From: an uncultured Nitrososphaerota archaeon
GTDB taxonomy: Archaea > Thermoproteota > Nitrososphaeria > Nitrososphaerales > Gagatemarchaeaceae
Length of the DNA stretch: 64,000 nucleotides
Assembly: GCA_963838925.1 (NCBI GenBank)
Contig: CAWISW010000003.1
Span: forward strand, 704,001 to 768,000
Reading direction: 5' to 3'
The notes beneath the pieces are model-generated. The model had not been told where the DNA came from. It saw nothing but the letters and a program-made list of their open reading frames with translations, and did not search any database. Shown piece after piece: positions 58,917 through 64,000 of this stretch (position 1 is the stretch's first letter; every line of letters starts with the position of its first letter). A program made the position numbers and the translations under genes.

Positions 58917-59272
58917 CCAGAGAGCGAGCCGCGCCAGATCCTCACGCCGGGCGGCGTTATGACGATCCTCTCCTCGCCGAGCCTCGCGATGTCCCCGCCT
59001 ATCGAGGTCGCGAACTCGTAGAGCTGCTCCACGACCGTCTTGAGGTCCTCGACGCTCTTCTGCGCGAGGGGCGTGACCCTCAGGATCACTATGGTCCTCT
59101 TCGCCACGTCGTCCTGTATCCCAGGAAGGTCCTCGGCGCTGCGGAGCTGGAGCGCCTTCAGCAGCATGCCCCCTCCCTCCTGCGCGGCGCCCTCCCCGGA
59201 CTCTTCTGTGGTCAAACTCGATTCCAAGCTGATCTTGTCACGCTCAAGGAGATATTCCTGGCTTTTAAACAT
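58913..59272 (-). CDS. sepF: SepF-like protein
   Basis: GGDIARLGEERIVITP. Confidence 0.8.
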   Translation of the reverse strand: MFKSQEYLLERDKISLESSLTTEESGEGAAQEGGGMLLKALQLRSAEDLPGIQDDVAKRTIVILRVTPLAQKSVEDLKTVVEQLYEFATSIGGDIARLGEERIVITPPGVRIWRGSLSG

Positions 59273-59296
59273 AAATCCAATATATAGGGGGAGAGG

Positions 59297-59782
59297 TCAA
59301 ATTTTCTTGTACGCGTTCCAGTATTTGTCTCCAGCGTGATGGAGGTTCTTGACGCAGTTGCCCTTCTTCAGCTCCGCCATCTCGGCGCTTGACACCGCCG
59401 TCCTCCCGACTGCGGCAGCCCTTCCCTTCTTGTCCTCGCGCACGACGACGAGCTTCCCCGCCTCACCCCAGTCGTCGTACTTCGAGATCCCCGGCCTCAT
59501 CACGTCGGCGCCCTTGATGATGTACTTCACTGCCCCCTCGTCGATCGAGACCGAAGGGAACAGGCCGACCGCGTCGGGGGACCCGACATAGGGGAGGTAT
59601 CCGCCTCCTCCGCCGCTCACGAAGGTGAACTTCCCGTCGATTATCACGAACTTCGTCTCCTCGTCCGGCTCCAGAATCTCCACTTGGGCGGAACGCGCCA
59701 CCTCGAGGTGTATCCCGGTGGACCTCTCGATCTCCGCGATGAGGTCCCTCGAGTCGCTCTTTGACACGACCTGTCTCTTCAA
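59297..59782 (-). CDS. PUA-domain RNA-binding protein
   Basis: DEGAVKYIIKGADVMRPGI, HHAGD. Confidence 0.9.
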   Translation of the reverse strand: MKRQVVSKSDSRDLIAEIERSTGIHLEVARSAQVEILEPDEETKFVIIDGKFTFVSGGGGGYLPYVGSPDAVGLFPSVSIDEGAVKYIIKGADVMRPGISKYDDWGEAGKLVVVREDKKGRAAAVGRTAVSSAEMAELKKGNCVKNLHHAGDKYWNAYKKI

Positions 59783-59861
59783 ACGTCAGGTCAGCGTCGA
59801 ATACATCAATTTAATAAAGCCAGCCTGCGACGCCCGTTCTCAACCGGTGCCCATAGACACA

Positions 59862-60092
59862 ATGTCAGCGGACATGGCGATCAAAGTGCTCGAGACGAGC
59901 GTCGGAAAGGTAGTCCTCATCAAGCTCAAGGGCGGCAAGGTCATCAGAGGCTCGCTCCAGGGCTTCGACCAGCACATGAACCTCTCGCTGGAGTCTGCAG
60001 AGGAGATAGTCGCCGACGGCAAGTCGACTTCGCTTGGCACCCTGATAGTCCGGGGAGACAACATCATCATGATCTCCCCACCGCCCGGCTGA
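59862..60092 (+). CDS. Sm-like archaeal protein SmAP1
   Basis: GFDQHMNL (Sm1) and IVRGDNI (Sm2). Confidence 0.93.
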   Translation: MSADMAIKVLETSVGKVVLIKLKGGKVIRGSLQGFDQHMNLSLESAEEIVADGKSTSLGTLIVRGDNIIMISPPPG

Positions 60093-60167
60093 TCCTCGAC
60101 ACGCCGGCTTAGCAGCCCACGGTAGAACTCTTTTACGCGGCCCCCAACGCCAGCGCTCCAGGGAACC

Positions 60168-62159
60168 TTGAGCAGCGTCGGGCCCGGAACTCGCAAGATC
60201 TCCTCCGTCGCAGTGCTCGGGGCCGGGACGATGGGCCACGGAATCGCCGAGGTCGCCGCCTTGGCGGGGTTCCGGACGGTGCTCTACGACGTCGAGCAGC
60301 GCTTCCTGGACTCCGGTATGGACAAGATAAGGTGGAGCCTCTCGAAGCTCGCCGAGAAGGGCACGATCACCGCCGAAAGGGCGGAGAAGGCCGCAGCCGC
60401 AATACTCTGCACCACCGACCTGGGGGTGGCCGCCAGGTGCGACCTCGTGGTCGAGGCCGTGCCGGAGAGCCTCGAGCTGAAGAGGGGCATTTTCGCTCGC
60501 CTGGACTCCGCCTCGAGCGACTCGCTCCTCGCGACCAACACTAGCAGCATCCCGATCTCGGAGATCGCGGCGGCGACCACGAGGCCCGAGCGGGTCGTGG
60601 GAATCCACTTCTTCAATCCGCCAGTTCTGATGCCGCTCGTGGAGGTGGTCAGGGGGTTGAAGACCAGCGACGAGTCCGTGTCAAAGGCGGTCGAGTTCTG
60701 CGGGGCCCTGGGGAAGCACGTGGTCGTCTGCAAGAAGGACGTCCCCGGGTTCATAGTCAACAGGATCCTCGGCCCCACGATGAACGAGGCCGCGTGGGCC
60801 GTCGCCAGGGGGGAGGCGACCACGCGCCAGGTCGACTCGTGCTGCGTCTACAAGCTCGGCCTCCCGATGGGCCTCTTCGAGCTCGCGGACTACACGGGCA
60901 TCGACGTGATCTTCGCAGCCTCCCGGACGAGGAGCAGCAGGGAGCCCTCCTCCCTGCCCGTCGCGCCGGTCCTCGGGGAGATGGTCAAGGCTGGGAGGCT
61001 CGGCCGCAAGACCGGGGAGGGGTTCTACGCCTACCCCGCAACCGGGCCTCTCTACGCGAGGGCCGAGGGCGAGTCGGTCGACCCGCTCCTGTTCTTCTCC
61101 GTCGGCGTGAACTCCGCGGCCTGGCTGCTTCGTAACGAGGTCTGCTCGAGGGACGACCTCGACACGTCGGTCAAGCTCGGGCTCGGGTTCCCTGAGGGGA
61201 TACTCCGGATGGCCGACTCGTGGGGGATAGACAGGGTGGTGGCCGCATTACGTGCAAAGCAGGCCTCGCACGGCGACGCCTACGCCCCAGACCCCCTCCT
61301 CGTCCAGATGGCCGAGAGGGGCGACGTGGGCGCGTCCTCGGGCAGAGGTTTTTATGACTACGGCTCGAAAGAGACCAAGTTGGAAGAGGTCGTTCTCAAG
61401 AAGGCGCCGCCGCTAGCCTGGATAACCCTGAACAGGCCGCACAGGCACAACACCATCACGCCGAGGATGATGGACGAGCTGGAGGCGGTCTCGAGCGAAC
61501 TCGCGAAGGACGCGACGGTGAGGGTGGTCATCATCTCCGGCGAGGGAGGGAAGGCGTTCAGCGCAGGAGCGGACCTCACCGCGTTCGAGTTCACCACGCC
61601 CCTCAAGGCCTTCGAGGCCTCCAGGAGGATGTTCGAGGTCTTCACGCTCTTCGAGAGGATGCCCAAGCCGGTCATCGCGGCCATCAACGGCTACGCCTTC
61701 GGAGGCGGGTGCGAGCTCGCCCTCGCGTGCGACTTTAGGCTCGCATCCGAGTCCAGCCAGATAGGGCTGACAGAGACCAACCTCGGGATTATCCCCGGAG
61801 CGGGGGGCACTCAGAGGCTCCTGCGCCTCGTGGGCCTGAGCAGGGCGAAGGAGATGATCTACTTCGGGGAAAGGCTGCCAGCCCAAGACGCGCTCAAGGC
61901 AGGGCTGCTCGACAAGGTCTTCGCAAACGAGAGTTTTCAGTCCGACGTCGAGAGTTTCGCGAGGAAGCTCGCAAAGCGCGCCCCGGTCTCCTTGAAGCTC
62001 GCGAAGTACGCGATCAACCTCGCACAGCAGGTCCCCTCCGCCGACTCTGGCCAGCTCTTCGAGGCCGGAGGGTTCGGGCTGGCTCTCTCGACCCAGGACG
62101 CCTCCGAGGGCATCTCGTCGTTCCTGTCAAAGAAGGAGCCGGAATTCAAAGGCGAATGA
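60168..62159 (+). CDS. 3-hydroxyacyl-CoA dehydrogenase / enoyl-CoA hydratase fusion
   Basis: GAGTMG, TNTSS, HFFNP, then AFSAGAD, GGGCEL. Confidence 0.93.
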   Translation: MSSVGPGTRKISSVAVLGAGTMGHGIAEVAALAGFRTVLYDVEQRFLDSGMDKIRWSLSKLAEKGTITAERAEKAAAAILCTTDLGVAARCDLVVEAVPESLELKRGIFARLDSASSDSLLATNTSSIPISEIAAATTRPERVVGIHFFNPPVLMPLVEVVRGLKTSDESVSKAVEFCGALGKHVVVCKKDVPGFIVNRILGPTMNEAAWAVARGEATTRQVDSCCVYKLGLPMGLFELADYTGIDVIFAASRTRSSREPSSLPVAPVLGEMVKAGRLGRKTGEGFYAYPATGPLYARAEGESVDPLLFFSVGVNSAAWLLRNEVCSRDDLDTSVKLGLGFPEGILRMADSWGIDRVVAALRAKQASHGDAYAPDPLLVQMAERGDVGASSGRGFYDYGSKETKLEEVVLKKAPPLAWITLNRPHRHNTITPRMMDELEAVSSELAKDATVRVVIISGEGGKAFSAGADLTAFEFTTPLKAFEASRRMFEVFTLFERMPKPVIAAINGYAFGGGCELALACDFRLASESSQIGLTETNLGIIPGAGGTQRLLRLVGLSRAKEMIYFGERLPAQDALKAGLLDKVFANESFQSDVESFARKLAKRAPVSLKLAKYAINLAQQVPSADSGQLFEAGGFGLALSTQDASEGISSFLSKKEPEFKGE

Positions 62160-62198
62160 AATGATAAATACAGTCTCGCCAAACTTTTTCCATCAGTC

Positions 62199-63359
62199 TT
62201 GACAGGCCTCCCAGCCATCTCCTTCTCGCCTGAGCATGAAGACCTCCGCGCCTGGGCCAAGGAGTTCGCCAGCAGGGAGATCGCCCCTGTCGCGGACAAG
62301 ATTGACAGGACGGACGAGTACCCTCGCGACCTTGCAAGGAAGATGGGGGAGTACGGGCTCCTTGGCCTGGGGACGCCGAAGGAGTACGGGGGCCTCGGCC
62401 TCGACATGATCTCATCGGTGGTCGTCGCGGAGGAGATCGCGAAGGTCAGCCTCTCGGCGGGCCTCATCATCGGCGTCCAGAACGGGCTGGTGGCCTACCC
62501 GATCTCGGAGTTCGGCACCAAGGAGCAGAAGGAGAAGTACCTCCCCGCCCTGGTGAAGGGCGACATCATCGGCTCCTACGGGCTCACCGAGCCGGGCGCG
62601 GGGTCGGACGCCGCCAACATCCAGACCAAGGCCGAGAAGATGCCGGGCGGCTCGTACAAGATCAACGGCTCGAAGATCTGGATCTCGCAGGGGATGCTTG
62701 CCGACGTGGTCGTCCTCTTCACCAGGACCGGGAGCGTCGCCGACGGCGCCGCGGGAATGACCGCATTCGTGGTCGACAAGGGCAGCCCCGGGTTCAAGGT
62801 CGGCGGCAAGCTCGAGGTCATCGGGATAAGGGGCACCGGGACGGCCGAGCTCGTCTTCAACGACTGCCACGTGCCGGAGTCGAACATGCTCGGCTCCGTG
62901 GGGGACGGCTTCCTCATTGCGATGGCCGTCTTGAACCAAGGGCGCATCGGGGCGGCAGCGGGCGCCCTCGGCGTCGCGAGCGCGGCGCTCGAGGCCTCCA
63001 TCTCATACTCAAAGAAGCGGGTGCTCTTCGACAGGCCCCTCGGGAAGTTCGAGTCGATCAGGTTCCTCATCGCCGATATGGCGACGAGGCTCGAGGCGGC
63101 CCGCCTACTGACCTACAGGGCGGCATACCTCAGGGACAAGGGGGAGGAGTTCGTGAAGGAGGCGTCCATGGCGAAGGTCTTCTCGACCGAGATGGCGGTA
63201 TGGGCGTGCGAGAGGGCCATCCAGATCCACGGCGGCATCGGCCTTAGCAAGCTGCTCCCCCTCGAGCGCTACCTAAGGGACGCGAAGATCCTCGACATCG
63301 TGGAGGGGACCTCCGAGGTCCAGCGGTGGATCCTCTCGAGGGAGATCCTGCAGGACTGA
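62199..63359 (+). CDS. Acyl-CoA dehydrogenase
   Basis: LTEPGAGSD, GSKIWIS, QIHGG, EGTSEVQR. Confidence 0.95.
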   Translation: MTGLPAISFSPEHEDLRAWAKEFASREIAPVADKIDRTDEYPRDLARKMGEYGLLGLGTPKEYGGLGLDMISSVVVAEEIAKVSLSAGLIIGVQNGLVAYPISEFGTKEQKEKYLPALVKGDIIGSYGLTEPGAGSDAANIQTKAEKMPGGSYKINGSKIWISQGMLADVVVLFTRTGSVADGAAGMTAFVVDKGSPGFKVGGKLEVIGIRGTGTAELVFNDCHVPESNMLGSVGDGFLIAMAVLNQGRIGAAAGALGVASAALEASISYSKKRVLFDRPLGKFESIRFLIADMATRLEAARLLTYRAAYLRDKGEEFVKEASMAKVFSTEMAVWACERAIQIHGGIGLSKLLPLERYLRDAKILDIVEGTSEVQRWILSREILQD

Positions 63360-63365
63360 GCGGCT

Positions 63366-64000
63366 TTGAGAAGCGTCGCCATAGCGGGCCTAGGCCACTC
63401 CAAGTTCGGAAGGAGGACCGACGTCGACGTGGCCGAGCTCGCGTTCGAGTCGATCAAGCAGGCCATCGATGACTCCGGCGTCCAGAAGAAGGAGATCCAG
63501 AACGTCACGCTCGGGAGCGCGGGCGGCTGGTACGAGGAGACCCTCCCCGCAGTGCTGGTAAACGAGTACGCCGGGTTCGAGGACGTAGGGACCATGCGCG
63601 TGGAGGCGGCGTGCGCAAGCGGGAGCGCGGCGGTTAGGAGCGCGTACCTCAGCGTGGCGAGCGGGGAGGCGGAGGTGGCGATGGCCGTCGGCGTCGAGAA
63701 GATGACCGAGGTGGACACGCTCACCGCCGTCGAGCTGATGGGGAGGTCAGGCTCGTACCTCTGGGAGTTCGAGAACTACGGGATGACGTTCCCCGCCTAC
63801 TACGCCCTCTACGCGGCGGCGCACATGAGCAGGTTCGGGACCACCCAGGAGGACCTCGCCAGGGTCGCCGTCAAGGCCCACCACTACGCGTCCATGAACC
63901 CGCTCGCCCAGTTCCAGAAGGAGATAACCCTGGAGAAGGCGCTCTCTTCGCAGGTCGTCTCGTGGCCCCTCAAGCTCTACGACGCATGCCCCATCACCGA
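63366..64000 (+). CDS. Thiolase (SCP-x type), 3'-truncated by the window
   Basis: TTG start MRSVAIAGLGHSKFG; EAACASG, GVEKM, NPLAQF. Confidence 0.9.
   Translation, partial: MRSVAIAGLGHSKFGRRTDVDVAELAFESIKQAIDDSGVQKKEIQNVTLGSAGGWYEETLPAVLVNEYAGFEDVGTMRVEAACASGSAAVRSAYLSVASGEAEVAMAVGVEKMTEVDTLTAVELMGRSGSYLWEFENYGMTFPAYYALYAAAHMSRFGTTQEDLARVAVKAHHYASMNPLAQFQKEITLEKALSSQVVSWPLKLYDACPIT

Overview
GC-rich archaeal chromosome segment. Gene content (GINS-MCM-Hel308, RFC, aCPSF1, two proteasome beta subunits, EgsA, SepF, Sm, LysW-dependent Arg/Lys pathway, archease-RtcB) points to a TACK archaeon, probably a non-ammonia-oxidising Nitrososphaerota lineage (inference). Most of the window is housekeeping. 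Highlights: (1) carB is interrupted near its 5' end by a 24-nt insert with an in-frame UGA. The insert folds as a bulge-helix-bulge/loop motif, and its excision exactly restores the conserved GEAGE/FDYSG motif, so it is a candidate tRNA-type intron in an mRNA other than cbf5. (2) A dedicated SipW-like signal peptidase lies in an operon with two paralogous secreted beta-rich proteins (candidate TasA/bundling-pilus-like fibre system). (3) An unannotated C/D box sRNA has guides matching the 23S P-loop and peptidyl-transferase centre. (4) There is an MCM intein and a free-standing LAGLIDADG endonuclease flanked by imperfect inverted repeats. (5) Two LysW genes missing from the ORF track start with CUG, lysX lacks a canonical start, and rtcA has a +1 frameshift near its end. 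No tRNA, rRNA or CRISPR array was recognised.
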